From an uncultured Micrococcales bacterium (lineage in GTDB: Bacteria > Actinomycetota > Actinomycetes > Actinomycetales > Microbacteriaceae): 62,442 nucleotides of DNA. The stretch spans positions 1 through 62,442 of the forward strand of contig CAIXVE010000082.1 of NCBI GenBank assembly GCA_903922825.1, in the 5' to 3' direction. The position numbers and the translations under genes were made by a program. Within the stretch, counting starts at the first letter, position 1; each line of letters starts with the position of its first letter. Of the stretch, positions 38,813-49,183 are shown in pieces. The notes under the pieces are model-generated. The model was not told the DNA's origin and made no database searches. It was given only the letters and a program-made list of their open reading frames with translations.

Positions 38813-39130
38813 TTAGAGACTGGCTTCAAAAGAGAGCTCGCGACCAGAATAAACCCACTCAAGAGTTCCACCGGCAACTGAGACAACGTCGTAACCCTGG
38901 GATTCTAAGTATTCAGCCACAGTAAGCGATCTTTTTCCTGATCTGCAGATAACAAAGATTCTGGCCCCGTCATCGAGCTCGTCTAACTGGTCGGCAACAT
39001 CATTCATTGGGATGTGGTGGGCATTAGGAACGTGCCCTTCAGCCCATTCGCTGTCTTCGCGAACATCAAGGACAAAGCCGCCACGTTCTATAACGTCTGC
39101 TAGTTCATTTACGGTAACTTCAATAGCCAT
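38813..39130 (-). CDS. Single-domain rhodanese (sulfurtransferase)
   Basis: 'LDVRE..EW..GHVP.A', active-site 'ICRSGKRS'; start at 39130 by TAAACT-6nt-ATG (alternative 39136). Confidence 0.88.
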   Translation of the reverse strand: MAIEVTVNELADVIERGGFVLDVREDSEWAEGHVPNAHHIPMNDVADQLDELDDGARIFVICRSGKRSLTVAEYLESQGYDVVSVAGGTLEWVYSGRELSFEASL

Positions 39131-39160
39131 ATCCATAGTTTAAGGCCATAGGTTATTCTT

Positions 39161-39544
39161 ATGGTTATGGAAACTATCAACAGACCTAAAACAAGACTTT
39201 CTATTGCACTTTTTCTAAGTGCGTTTCTAGTGGTGAGCCTGAGTGCGTGTGCTCCAGCAAAACTAGATGTCTCAAATGTGACAGCAATTATTGACACTCG
39301 ATCACCGAGTGAATTTGCCAAGGGTCACATCGTTGGCGCAGTCAACTTCCAGTACATTCCTTACGTTTTCGTAGCGTCAGTAACACAGCTAAATAGAAAA
39401 GGCGTTTATTACGTTTATGGCAAGAACGCTGATGAAGCGGGTAAGGCTGCCACAGATCTGCAAAGTCTAGGAATTACGCAGGTAACCAACCTGGGTAATT
39501 ACGATGATGCGCAGCATGTTTTGCCTCTAGGTGTCACCAAATAG
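39161..39544 (+). CDS. Rhodanese-like lipoprotein lacking the catalytic Cys
   Basis: Lipobox LSAC, 'IIDTRSPSEFAKGHIVGAVN', loop YVYGKNADEA instead of YxYCRSGxRS. Confidence 0.75.
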   Translation: MVMETINRPKTRLSIALFLSAFLVVSLSACAPAKLDVSNVTAIIDTRSPSEFAKGHIVGAVNFQYIPYVFVASVTQLNRKGVYYVYGKNADEAGKAATDLQSLGITQVTNLGNYDDAQHVLPLGVTK

Positions 39545-40155
39545 TGGACTCTAATTATTGGGATGACAAGTATTCAACTGAAGACTATGTCTACACCAAG
39601 TTAGAGAATCGTTTTGTTGTCGAATACTGCCAAGATCTCGAAGGCACAACCGCAATCGATTTAGCCGGCGGCGAGGGGCGTAACTCCGTTTATTTAGCTA
39701 AACGTGGTTGGCAAGTTGAAAACATAGATTTTTCTCAAGTCGCACTTGATAAATATCTGAAGTTTGCCCAAGAAGAGCGAGTTTTAGATAAATGCTCTTT
39801 AACATGTTCCTCCGCCTTAGAGTTCAATCCGAAAACTACTCCAGTTGATCTTGGGGTGATTGCTTATCTGCAAATAAACCAGCCTGACCTAAAAACAGCA
39901 ATTCTGCGTTTAGTGAGCAACATCAAGCCTGGCGGACACTTGTTTGGAGTTTGGCATTCGAGAGATAATCTGACCGGGGGTTTTGGTGGTCCTCGTGACC
40001 CTGAGGTATTGCCTGATGTCGCAACTATTACTGAAGCGCTCGAGGGAAGCAACCTTGAGATCAAAGTGCTTATGAATAGAGACGGTCAAATACAAACTCG
40101 TGAAGGTTTGAAGCCTTCTGTGACGTTAGTTTTGCTAGCTCAAGTAAAGTTGTAA
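39544..40155 (+). CDS. Class I SAM-dependent methyltransferase (TehB-like)
   Basis: 'WDDKY', 'AIDLAGGEGRNS.YLA..GW.V..IDFS'. Confidence 0.85.
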   Translation: MDSNYWDDKYSTEDYVYTKLENRFVVEYCQDLEGTTAIDLAGGEGRNSVYLAKRGWQVENIDFSQVALDKYLKFAQEERVLDKCSLTCSSALEFNPKTTPVDLGVIAYLQINQPDLKTAILRLVSNIKPGGHLFGVWHSRDNLTGGFGGPRDPEVLPDVATITEALEGSNLEIKVLMNRDGQIQTREGLKPSVTLVLLAQVKL

Positions 40156-40179
40156 CAAAGAAGAGTTTGAAGGTTTCTA

Positions 40180-41217
40180 GTGTCTAAACAAATCAACTTA
40201 GGTGTCATCGGCGGAGACGGAATCGGTCCCGAAGTAACTGCCCTTGCCTTGGAGGCAATCACTCTTGCTACTCGTGGTTCAGGTATTGAGTTTGCAACCA
40301 CTGAGTATGACTTAGGTGCTAGAAGATATCTGTCTACAGGTGAAACTCTCACTGATAAAGATTTAGAGTCTTTGGCAAAACATGATGCCATTTTGCTGGG
40401 TGCAATCGGAGATCCTAAAGTTCCTTCTGGTGTTTTAGAGCGTGGACTATTGCTAAAACTTAGATTCTCCTTTGATCACTACATCAACCTGCGTCCAACC
40501 AAACTCTATGAGGGAGTTCAGTCACCGTTAGCTGAACCAGGGCTAATTGACTTTGTTGTGGTTCGTGAAGGAACCGAAGGTGCTTATGTTGGTAACGGTG
40601 GCGCTATTCGGGTTGGAACCGAGAACGAGATAGCTAATGAAACTTCAGTCAACACCAGATTTGGTGTTGAACGCTGCGTCAGGTATGCATTTGAACTTGC
40701 GGCTAACCGTGAACGTAAAAAGGTAACTCTCGTTCACAAACACAATGTCTTAGTATCAGCCGGTTGGCTATGGCAGCGAACAGTTGATGAAGTTGCTAAA
40801 GAGTTCCCCACAGTTTCAGTTGACTACCAGCACATAGATGCAGCGACTATTTATATGGTGACTGATCCTGAACGTTTTGATGTAATTGTGACCGATAACC
40901 TTTTCGGTGACATTTTGACAGACCTAGCAGCTGCCATCGGTGGCGGTATCGGGCTAGCAGCTTCCGGAAACATCAATCCAACCGGTGCCTATCCTTCAAT
41001 GTTTGAACCAGTTCATGGTTCAGCACCTGATATAGCAGGCAAAGGAATCGCAGATCCAACTGCAGCAATTCTTTCAGGTGCAATGTTGTTAGAACATCTA
41101 GGTAATCCAGTTGCTGCAGCAAGAATCGAACGTGCAGTTGCCAACGATTTAGTAAACCGGGGAAGTGCTAAGCGAACCACAGCTGAAATCGCTCAAAGTA
41201 TTTTCAGAGAACTGTAG
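40180..41217 (+). CDS. leuB: 3-isopropylmalate dehydrogenase
   Basis: 'GDGIGPEV', 'NLFGDILTD', '[12 protein letters not shown]'. Confidence 0.95.
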   Translation: MSKQINLGVIGGDGIGPEVTALALEAITLATRGSGIEFATTEYDLGARRYLSTGETLTDKDLESLAKHDAILLGAIGDPKVPSGVLERGLLLKLRFSFDHYINLRPTKLYEGVQSPLAEPGLIDFVVVREGTEGAYVGNGGAIRVGTENEIANETSVNTRFGVERCVRYAFELAANRERKKVTLVHKHNVLVSAGWLWQRTVDEVAKEFPTVSVDYQHIDAATIYMVTDPERFDVIVTDNLFGDILTDLAAAIGGGIGLAASGNINPTGAYPSMFEPVHGSAPDIAGKGIADPTAAILSGAMLLEHLGNPVAAARIERAVANDLVNRGSAKRTTAEIAQSIFREL

Positions 41218-41227
41218 AGAAGAAGAG

Positions 41228-42316
41228 ATGTCACACGAATTTACGGTAATCAAATCAGATAAACCTATGCCTGATGAAAAGCGTGAAGAGATACTCAAGA
41301 GCCCTGCTTTCGGAGTGAACTTCACAGACCATCAGATCATCATTGATTGGACTAAAGAAGATGGTTGGCACAATGCCAGAGTTGAGCCATATGGCCCGAT
41401 GCTTATGGATCCAGCCAGTGCTGTTCTGCACTACGGTCAAGAAATCTTTGAGGGTATCAAGGCTTATCGTCACGAAGATGGTTCAATTCACACCTTCAGA
41501 CCACACGCTAATGCAGCTAGATTACAAAAATCTGCTCGCAGAATGGCCCTCCCTGAACTTCCAGCTGAACTTTTTGTTGAATCGCTAAAACAACTAATTC
41601 AAATAGATGGTGCTTGGGTTCCAGAGCCAGTGAATGAAAAGACTCTATACATCAGACCTTTTGAGATTGCAGCAGAAGCTTTCCTAGGTGTCAGAGCAGC
41701 TCAACGAGCTGAATACCGAGTTATTGCCAGCCCAGTTGGTGCTTACTTCGCTAACGGCATTAAACCTGTGAACATTTGGATTGCCTTGGATTCAGCTAGA
41801 GCAGGTCGATTTGGAACCGGTGAAGCTAAAACCGGTGGTAACTATGCAGCAAGTTTGTTAGCCCAAGGTGAAGGTTACGAGAATGGTTGTTCTCAGGTGC
41901 TCTTCCTGGATGCTGAATCACACACATACATCGAAGAACTCGGTGGCATGAACGTGTTCTTTGTTTATATAGACGGTCACGTTGTGACTCCATCTCTGGA
42001 TGGAACCATCCTGCACGGTATTACTAGAGATTCAATCATCCAATTACTCAAAGACAGAAACATCTCTGTTGAAGAACGCGCTGTGACGCTTGATGAAATT
42101 AGAGATGCATATAACTCTGGTGAGATTACAGAAATCTTTGCTTGTGGCACGGCAGCTGCTATCACTCCTATAGGTCAACTGAAGAGCAGACTTGAAGTTA
42201 TTGGTAAAGAAACAACTGAAGCCGGAGAACTCACACTCAGTATTCGTGAAGAACTAACTGGCATCCAGTATGGTCGTGTCGCAGATCGTCACAACTGGTT
42301 GGTAAAACTTAGCTAA
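41228..42316 (+). CDS. ilvE: Branched-chain amino acid aminotransferase
   Basis: 'LHYGQEIFEGIKAY', 'AKTGGNYAAS', 'EELGGMN', 'ILHGITR'. Confidence 0.95.
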   Translation: MSHEFTVIKSDKPMPDEKREEILKSPAFGVNFTDHQIIIDWTKEDGWHNARVEPYGPMLMDPASAVLHYGQEIFEGIKAYRHEDGSIHTFRPHANAARLQKSARRMALPELPAELFVESLKQLIQIDGAWVPEPVNEKTLYIRPFEIAAEAFLGVRAAQRAEYRVIASPVGAYFANGIKPVNIWIALDSARAGRFGTGEAKTGGNYAASLLAQGEGYENGCSQVLFLDAESHTYIEELGGMNVFFVYIDGHVVTPSLDGTILHGITRDSIIQLLKDRNISVEERAVTLDEIRDAYNSGEITEIFACGTAAAITPIGQLKSRLEVIGKETTEAGELTLSIREELTGIQYGRVADRHNWLVKLS

Positions 42317-43074
42317 TGCGTATCGCTAAATTTTCTTCAGCTGATCGCATTGCCTGGGGCTTAGTTGATGGACCTGAGCTGGTTGTTTTTAGAGGTCACC
42401 CGATTTATCAGGGCTATGAAACATCAGGGGAGAGACTTCCTATAAAAGATGTTCAACTACTTCCACCAATTCTTCCAACCAGCAAGATTGTTTGTATTGG
42501 TAAGAACTATGCAGATCACGCTGCCGAAATGGGTGGAGAAGCACCTAAAGAACCTCTTATTTTCCTCAAGCCACTAACTTCTGTGATTGGACCTAACGAA
42601 GCAATTGTTTTGCCAAGTATTTCTGAACGAGTTGATTTCGAAGGTGAGCTAGCGATTGTTATCGGTCAAATAGCCAAAGATGTTAAGGCAGAGAATGCCC
42701 TTGACTACATCTGGGGTTACACAATCGCCAATGATGTCACAGCAAGAGATATTCAAGACAAAGATGGTCAATGGACCAGAGCCAAAGGCTTTGACACTTT
42801 CTGCCCTCTAGGACCTTGGGTTGAAACCGAGTTTGAGCTTGATGGCCAGATCCTGGAAACCCGAGTTGATGGCGATGTTAAACAGCATGCTTCCATTGAC
42901 CTTTTGATTCACAAGGTCCCAAGAATCATCGAGCACGTCTCACAAGCCATGACCTTATTACCTGGGGACATCATCCTCACTGGAACGCCATCAGGCATTG
43001 GCCCTATAACTTCCGGCCAACGTGTTGAGATAAGCATTGAAGGCATAGGAACACTAACTAACCCTGTCGCTTAG
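42316..43074 (+). CDS. Fumarylacetoacetate hydrolase family protein
   Basis: 'CIGKNYADH', 'FEGELA', 'KGFDTFCP', 'LTGTP'. Confidence 0.92.
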   Translation: MRIAKFSSADRIAWGLVDGPELVVFRGHPIYQGYETSGERLPIKDVQLLPPILPTSKIVCIGKNYADHAAEMGGEAPKEPLIFLKPLTSVIGPNEAIVLPSISERVDFEGELAIVIGQIAKDVKAENALDYIWGYTIANDVTARDIQDKDGQWTRAKGFDTFCPLGPWVETEFELDGQILETRVDGDVKQHASIDLLIHKVPRIIEHVSQAMTLLPGDIILTGTPSGIGPITSGQRVEISIEGIGTLTNPVA

Positions 43075-43086
43075 ACTTGTCTAGTT

Positions 43087-44601
43087 ATGACCAATCTAAT
43101 TACTGCACCTTTCACTACTGCTACCGGTAAAGACATCAAGGTCAGATTCTGTCCTTCTCCTACTGGAACACCTCACGTAGGGCTAGTTAGAACTGCTTTG
43201 TTTAACTGGGCTTATGCTCGTCACACCGGTGGAACCTTTGTTTTCCGTATTGAAGATACTGATGCTGAAAGAGACAGTGAAGAATCCTTCGAGATGATCC
43301 TTGATGGTCTTCGCTGGCTAGGTTTGAATTGGGATGAAGGCGTTGGGGTTGGTGGACCTAATGAGCCTTATAGACAGTCTCAGAGAACAGACATTTATCT
43401 TGATGTTATTGAGAAGCTAAAAGCTTCGGGTCACATTTATGAAAGCTTCCTTACTGGTGAAGAGATCGATAAGCGTAACAAAGATAATGGTCGTGCTGTT
43501 CAGTTAGGTTACGACAACTCTGAGAGAGAACTATCTGAAGAAGCCAAGGCTGCTTATAAAGCAGAGGGAAGATCTCCCGCCCTTCGACTCCGAGTTCCAG
43601 ATGTCGACATTACTTTCAATGACCTAGTGCGTGGTGAGATTACTTTCCCTGCAGGATCTTTCCCTGACTTTGTTGTGGTGAGACCTAATGGCCAGCCGCT
43701 ATACACGTTAGTGAACCCAGTAGATGATGCTTTGATGGGTATTACCCATGTGCTCAGAGGTGAAGATCTTCTTTCTTCGACTCCACGTCAGATTGCTCTT
43801 TATAACGCGATGTTTGAAGCGGGTATTACAAAGTTCATTCCACAGTTCGGCCATCTACCTTTTGTTATGGGTGAAGGTAATAAGAAACTTTCTAAACGTG
43901 ACCCTGAGTCAAACCTTTTCCACCACAGGGACCGTGGTTTCATTCCTGAAGGATTGTTGAACTATCTGGCTCTATTAGGTTGGAGCATCAGTGCTGATAG
44001 AGATGTTTTCAGTCTTGAAGAAATGATTGCGGCTTTTGATGTTGCTAACGTGAATCCAAACCCGGCTCGTTTTGATCAGAAGAAGGCTGACGCTATTAAT
44101 GCAAGCCATCTTCGATTGCTAACCCTTGAAGATTTCACTTCAAGACTGATTCCTTACCTGCAAAGTGCAGGCGTTATTGGTTCAGAACCAACAGATACAG
44201 AGCTTGCTATTTTGAAGCAGGCAGCACCTTTGATTCAGGAAAGAATTGTGGTTCTTTCTGAGGCAGTTCCTATGTTGAGTTTCCTATTTGTTGCAGCAGA
44301 TCAGATAGTGGTTGAAGACGATGCTAAAGCTGGATTGCCTGAGAACAGTGCTGAGATTACTTCTGCTGCTGTTGAGGTGCTGGAAGGTATTGCTGAATCT
44401 GATTTTATTACTTCAAACATCCAAGCCGCACTAAACCAAAAGCTAATCGAAGAGTTGGGCCAGAAGCCTAGAAATGCCTTTGGTCCGCTAAGAACTGGTA
44501 TTTCAGGGAAGAGAATTAGCCCACCTTTGTTTGAATCTATGGAGATTCTGGGTAAGGCAGAGACCATCATTCGCTTGAAGGCGTTTGCCCAGTTAGTTTA
44601 G
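43087..44601 (+). CDS. gltX: Glutamate--tRNA ligase
   Basis: '[13 protein letters not shown]', 'FRIEDTD', 'KKLSKR'. Confidence 0.97.
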   Translation: MTNLITAPFTTATGKDIKVRFCPSPTGTPHVGLVRTALFNWAYARHTGGTFVFRIEDTDAERDSEESFEMILDGLRWLGLNWDEGVGVGGPNEPYRQSQRTDIYLDVIEKLKASGHIYESFLTGEEIDKRNKDNGRAVQLGYDNSERELSEEAKAAYKAEGRSPALRLRVPDVDITFNDLVRGEITFPAGSFPDFVVVRPNGQPLYTLVNPVDDALMGITHVLRGEDLLSSTPRQIALYNAMFEAGITKFIPQFGHLPFVMGEGNKKLSKRDPESNLFHHRDRGFIPEGLLNYLALLGWSISADRDVFSLEEMIAAFDVANVNPNPARFDQKKADAINASHLRLLTLEDFTSRLIPYLQSAGVIGSEPTDTELAILKQAAPLIQERIVVLSEAVPMLSFLFVAADQIVVEDDAKAGLPENSAEITSAAVEVLEGIAESDFITSNIQAALNQKLIEELGQKPRNAFGPLRTGISGKRISPPLFESMEILGKAETIIRLKAFAQLV

Positions 44602-44639
44602 TCACGGGTAGAATGGGTAATCGAGCCCTTAGGGCTCAT

Positions 44640-44711
44640 TGGGATATGGTGTAATTGGCAACACGAGTGATTCTGGTTCATTTGTTCTAGGTTCGAGTCC
44701 TGGTATCCCAG
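44640..44711 (+). tRNA. tRNA-Gln (CTG), CCA not encoded
   Basis: Acceptor TGGGATA/TATCCCA, anticodon arm AGTGA-TT-CTG-GT-TCATT, T loop GGTTCGAGTCC. Confidence 0.95.
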
Positions 44712-44716
44712 CGAAT

Positions 44717-44743
44717 AACAGTCAGATCTTTGATCTGGCTGTT
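44717..44743 (+). terminator. Hairpin after tRNA-Gln
   Basis: AACAGTCAGATC-TTT-GATCTGGCTGTT. Confidence 0.6.
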
Positions 44744-44759
44744 CTGCTTTAATAGCCAC

Positions 44760-45131
44760 ATGACCAAATTGGATCGCCATGAGGCAGATAAATACTTTGA
44801 ATTACTGCCACCGGCGAAGGCTAAGGTCCTGATTGAGCTTCGGGACAGACTCGTAAGGTTAGCTAAAGCGGAACCAGATTTGATTATCAGTTATCAACTA
44901 CCAACCATCAGAGTCAAAGGCACAAACTTCTTGGCTTTTGCTGCTTGGAAAGATTTTTATAGTATCTACCTGCTTAGTGGTCGCTTAGGAAAACTTATTG
45001 AGCAAGACCTCACTCAAGGCGAACTAGATAAATCAACTTTGAGATTTGGTTGGGATGAGAAAGTCTCCGATAAAACGCTAAAGCTACTAATCAAAGCTAA
45101 GACGGCAGAGCTTCTAGAAAGAGCTAAATAA
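44760..45131 (+). CDS. DUF1801 / YdhG-like protein
   Basis: 'DKYFELLP....L.ELR', 'ISYQLPT', 'FAAWK', 'KSTLRF'; TTTAAT-6nt-ATG. Confidence 0.78.
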   Translation: MTKLDRHEADKYFELLPPAKAKVLIELRDRLVRLAKAEPDLIISYQLPTIRVKGTNFLAFAAWKDFYSIYLLSGRLGKLIEQDLTQGELDKSTLRFGWDEKVSDKTLKLLIKAKTAELLERAK

Positions 45132-45133
45132 AG

Positions 45134-45769
45134 CTAAAGCTCGATGCTCTCACCTGGTAGCAGGTAGGTGAAGGTTCCACCTTTAGATTCCGTGATAGCT
45201 TTCACTCTGCCGTTATTTAGTGCATGTCCGAAATCACTAAGCAGGGCATTGTGGGTAGCCATTGATTGTTTGTGATCCACGGCTGAGACAAAATCCATAA
45301 CCTCACCAATCTTGAGCCAAGGTGCACTGGTTGGAACTGCGAGCATTTGAACTGGTCGATCTGGTGTTGTGAAGCTATCGCCTGGATAGTAGAGGAGGTC
45401 ATTGATTAGCACGCCTCTGTTTTGGATTAGCGGATAGCTGTGATGAATTTCTGCATGCAGATCACCGAATACTTCAATTGTGAAAGGACCAGTTGAGTAG
45501 TGGTCACCGTGGTAGATGGCAATGGCGTTAAAGCCTTCAAGTCTCTTGCAAACATCTTCGGGGCCATAGATCTTGGCTTCAGGGCTGAATTCAAGAATTC
45601 TATTTATTTGATCTTCGAAGCAATGATCATCGTGGGCATGAGTAATGACAATGGCAACAACATCCTTCAGATTCTCCATAGGTTCTGAATAAGCGCCTGG
45701 GTCTAGAACAAGTTTCTTGCCTTGTTCTTCAAAGACTAGACAGGCATGGGTGTATTTAGTTACCTTCAT
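45134..45769 (-). CDS. Metallo-beta-lactamase fold hydrolase
   Basis: 'KYTHAC', 'DPG', 'ITHAHDDH', 'YYPGDS'. Confidence 0.88.
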   Translation of the reverse strand: MKVTKYTHACLVFEEQGKKLVLDPGAYSEPMENLKDVVAIVITHAHDDHCFEDQINRILEFSPEAKIYGPEDVCKRLEGFNAIAIYHGDHYSTGPFTIEVFGDLHAEIHHSYPLIQNRGVLINDLLYYPGDSFTTPDRPVQMLAVPTSAPWLKIGEVMDFVSAVDHKQSMATHNALLSDFGHALNNGRVKAITESKGGTFTYLLPGESIEL

Positions 45770-45919
45770 ACCTTTCAGAATACAAGCCGACATCTCTAAA
45801 GCCTTCTAGTTATAACATTCTGATACCCGCAGCACTTGAATGAGCAGTTCTGCCATTAGGTTTAGTTTTGACTCTTGATACGTGAGTTATTTTGAAGATT
45901 TGTTGATGTGAAGGAATTT

Positions 45920-46810
45920 ATGGCGAAACTGGGCATAGTAATCAACCCGACTTCTGGCCGTGGCCGAGGTTTAGCCGATGGCCAGTTAGCCAAAGCCGAA
46001 TTTGCTAGGCACGGCATTGACCTATTGGATCTTTCAGGGGAGAGCTTTAGTTCTGCTAGTCAGAAAGCTAAACAAGCAATAGCCGATAAACAGATTGAAG
46101 GCTTGATTGTTGTCGGTGGGGATGGCATGTTCCATCTTGGAGTGAACGCTGTTGCTAAAACAGACATTCCAGTTGGCTTGATAGCCGCAGGAACCGGCAA
46201 TGACTCAGCTCGAGCTTTAGGTCTTCCGATTCATGATGTGGTGGCAGGAGTAGCCCACATAGTTTCAAAGCTGAGGTCAACAAAACTAGTTGACTTGATT
46301 GAATCAGAATCCAATTCAAGGAAGTTCTTCTCCTTTGGTGCAGTGAGTGCTGGTTTTGATGCGTTGGTGAACCGCAGAGCTAACACCTGGAACTGGATTA
46401 CCGGACCGGTCAAATATCGGTTGGCGATGTATCGAGAGTTAGCTGCCTTCAAGCCAATTCCTTACCGAGCAGTCATCGATGGTGTTGAAAGAGTTTTCCA
46501 AGCAAATCTTTGCACTGTCGCTAACTCACCGAGTTATGGTGGTGGCCTGTATATCACCCCTGAAGCTTCGGTTGATGATGGTGAAGTTGATCTATTTATT
46601 TTGAATTCCATCAGTCGGTTGGAACTAATTAAGCTATTCCCTAAGGTTTATGAGGGTAAACATGTGACTCATCCAGCTGTTGAGATCATCAGAGCTAAAA
46701 AAGTTGTCTTAGATTCACCAGGTATGCCTGCATACAGCGATGGTGAGCATGTTGGTGATTCACCAGTTGAGTGCAAGGTTGCACCTAAAGCACTTAGGGT
46801 TTACGCCTAA
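45920..46810 (+). CDS. Diacylglycerol/lipid kinase family protein (YegS/Rv2252-like)
   Basis: 'INPTSGRG', 'GGDG', 'GTGND', 'YGGG', 'DGE'. Confidence 0.9.
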   Translation: MAKLGIVINPTSGRGRGLADGQLAKAEFARHGIDLLDLSGESFSSASQKAKQAIADKQIEGLIVVGGDGMFHLGVNAVAKTDIPVGLIAAGTGNDSARALGLPIHDVVAGVAHIVSKLRSTKLVDLIESESNSRKFFSFGAVSAGFDALVNRRANTWNWITGPVKYRLAMYRELAAFKPIPYRAVIDGVERVFQANLCTVANSPSYGGGLYITPEASVDDGEVDLFILNSISRLELIKLFPKVYEGKHVTHPAVEIIRAKKVVLDSPGMPAYSDGEHVGDSPVECKVAPKALRVYA

Positions 46811-46863
46811 AACTGGGCTAGTTTAGAGCGCTTTACTCTGGCATAATAGAGAAGTTGCTTTAC

Positions 46864-46939
46864 GGCCCCATCGTTTAGCGGCCTAGGACGCTGCCCTCTC
46901 ACGGCAGTAGCGCGGGTTCAAATCCCGCTGGGGTCACCA
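46864..46939 (+). tRNA. tRNA-Glu (CTC), CCA encoded
   Basis: Acceptor GGCCCCA/TGGGGTC, anticodon arm CTGCC-CT-CTC-AC-GGCAG, T loop GGTTCAAATCC, ACCA end. Confidence 0.97.
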
Positions 46940-46943
46940 TATT

Positions 46944-46975
46944 CCGCCTTCAAGCTAAGTTTTTGAAGGCGGTTT
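46944..46975 (+). terminator. Intrinsic terminator after tRNA-Glu
   Basis: CCGCCTTCAA...TTGAAGGCGG followed by TTT. Confidence 0.7.
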
Positions 46976-47004
46976 GGCTTATCTGGCAGGCTAGGGTTTA
47001 ACTA

Positions 47005-47904
47005 ATGCAGTTAACAGATTTCCGTCCAACAAAGTTGATCTCACTGGCTAGTGGGCTAGTTGATCAGGTCACCTATGTTCCAACCCTGCCTGAACCAGGC
47101 GGCGATGTTCTGGCTACCAAGACCTTCAGCCAGGTTGGTGGAGCTCTCAACCTTGAATCCGCTGCTACCAAACTGGGCCTTAAAGCCATTCACTGCACAC
47201 CAATAGGTTCAGGTCCTCGTGCCGATGCCATCAAAACAGCCATGGCTATTGAAGGCGTTGAAACTAAGGGTATTGAAACCTATAGTTCAGGTGATTCAGG
47301 TTTATGCATTACTTTGGTGGAGCCTAACGGGCAAAGAAGTTTCGTCACCCAGTCAGGTGCTGAAGGACTTAGATCTTTCGATGAGTTGAAGCAGTATGAA
47401 TATTCAGAAGATAGCTGGGTGGTTATTTATGGCTATGAACTTGTTTATCCAACTTCCAAGGAAGCGTTCGCTGAGTTATTTGCTAGTGGACTAATAAAGA
47501 GCAAGATTGTCTTTGATCCAGGACCAACCACAGCACACCTAAGTGAAGAGTCTTTGAACTGGTTGGGTAAGAATGCAACTTTGATTTCATGTAATCAAAG
47601 TGAATACCAGAAACTTGCCCCACACGTTGGTGAAGATGTTTGGTTGCTGTTACGTAAAGGGGCGGAAGGTGCTGAGCTTCATCACAATGGAAACATTGTT
47701 GCTGATGCGGCAGGTCGTAAGGTTTCCGTTGTTGATACCAATGGGGCTGGAGATGTTCACACTGGCGCATTCCTAGCAGCGTTGGCTGCTGGAAATGGAT
47801 TACAAGAATCTTTAGAACTAGCCTGTCGCGCTGCGGAATTTTCTATTCAACGCGAAGGCGGTTGCACAGGACCTACCTGGGATGAACTTCTAGCTATTCG
47901 CTAA
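47005..47904 (+). CDS. PfkB family carbohydrate/nucleoside kinase
   Basis: 'GGALN', 'FDPGP', 'VVDTNGAGDVH.GAF'. Confidence 0.9.
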   Translation: MQLTDFRPTKLISLASGLVDQVTYVPTLPEPGGDVLATKTFSQVGGALNLESAATKLGLKAIHCTPIGSGPRADAIKTAMAIEGVETKGIETYSSGDSGLCITLVEPNGQRSFVTQSGAEGLRSFDELKQYEYSEDSWVVIYGYELVYPTSKEAFAELFASGLIKSKIVFDPGPTTAHLSEESLNWLGKNATLISCNQSEYQKLAPHVGEDVWLLLRKGAEGAELHHNGNIVADAAGRKVSVVDTNGAGDVHTGAFLAALAAGNGLQESLELACRAAEFSIQREGGCTGPTWDELLAIR

Positions 47905-49124
47905 TTCTTGGTTCTAGTAATTAAAGCCATTAAGACAATTGCTGTTGTTGGAAGTAATGCAAAAAGGTTCAAACCACCAAAAGCAACCAAACTAAGAATA
48001 GTTCCGGCTAAGGCTCCACCGGTTGCCCCGCTTAGATTCATAAGTGAATCGCTAAGCCCTTGAACATTTGTCTTCTCCTCTGGAGGAAGACTTGAAGCAA
48101 GCAAAGCAGATCCTGCAACAGTTGATGCGGACCAACCCAGACCCAATAGAGCAAGCCCTATGGTTACCATCCATCGGTCATTCTGTCCGAAGCTTGAAAA
48201 CGCTATTGCAAACAGGTAGATAGATTGACCGAAGAGGATCATGGGTTTCTTGCCCAACTTGTCGGCTAGAAAACCCATCACGGGTGATGCTGCATACATA
48301 CCTGCAATATGAAGACTGATAGTGAAACCAACCACCACAACGTCATAACCCATGTCTTGCATATGAACCGGAGTCATACTCATCACCGAGACCATGACCA
48401 TATGTGAGAGAGCTACCGAGATAACAGCAAATCTTGCAACCGGGTTCACTTTCAATGTTGCTATTGCTGACTTGATAGAAATCTTGTGTTTAGCTTTACC
48501 AGCATCTTTTTGAAGCTGTTGAGCATATTTCAGTGGATCTGGTTTTAGACCAAACCAGAAGATAAGAGTTGAAGCGATTTGAGCAGCGACAGTAAAAAGG
48601 AAAGGCCCAGTCTTTTCTGGAAGACCTAAAAGATGACCTAGTTGCTCTCCTGGACCAAACAGGTTAGGTCCGGTAACGGCACCAACTGTGGTTGCCCAAA
48701 CAACAAGACCGATAGATCTTCCAGTTTTGCCAGCTGAAGGGATGTCGGTTGCAGCAAATCTTGCCTGAAGCGACGTTGCAGATCCTGCACCTAAAAGAAA
48801 GATGCCGAGCAGTAGTAGTGGAAAGACTCGAAGGTGGGCTGCTTCAATAACTGTTAATGCACCGGTAATGGCAAGTGCTGCTCCAGTGCCGAGAGAGATT
48901 CGTCTGCCTCTGGCATAAGCCAAGCGAGACAGCGGAATAGCCCAGATAGCTGCCCCAAGGGTTGAAAATGTGGCTGCTGAGCCTGCCCAAGCCTCAGAAC
49001 CGCTCAAATCACGGGCTAAAAGAGATCCAATCGAGAGGACAGAACCTAGTCCAAATCCGCCTAAAACCTGGCCTAAAGCCAGAACACGTATGGTTCTGCG
49101 CTGGATTTGCTCGATATTAGACAC
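47901..49124 (-). CDS. MFS transporter
   Basis: 12 TMs, 'LQARFAATD', 'MV.VM.MTPVHM', 'GFLADKLGK'. Confidence 0.9.
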   Translation of the reverse strand: MSNIEQIQRRTIRVLALGQVLGGFGLGSVLSIGSLLARDLSGSEAWAGSAATFSTLGAAIWAIPLSRLAYARGRRISLGTGAALAITGALTVIEAAHLRVFPLLLLGIFLLGAGSATSLQARFAATDIPSAGKTGRSIGLVVWATTVGAVTGPNLFGPGEQLGHLLGLPEKTGPFLFTVAAQIASTLIFWFGLKPDPLKYAQQLQKDAGKAKHKISIKSAIATLKVNPVARFAVISVALSHMVMVSVMSMTPVHMQDMGYDVVVVGFTISLHIAGMYAASPVMGFLADKLGKKPMILFGQSIYLFAIAFSSFGQNDRWMVTIGLALLGLGWSASTVAGSALLASSLPPEEKTNVQGLSDSLMNLSGATGGALAGTILSLVAFGGLNLFALLPTTAIVLMALITRTKN

Positions 49125-49183
49125 CCTGCCAATCTAGTCCACGCTGGTAAACTTGAGTTTCAATCACTTTCGAGGTGTCTAAG

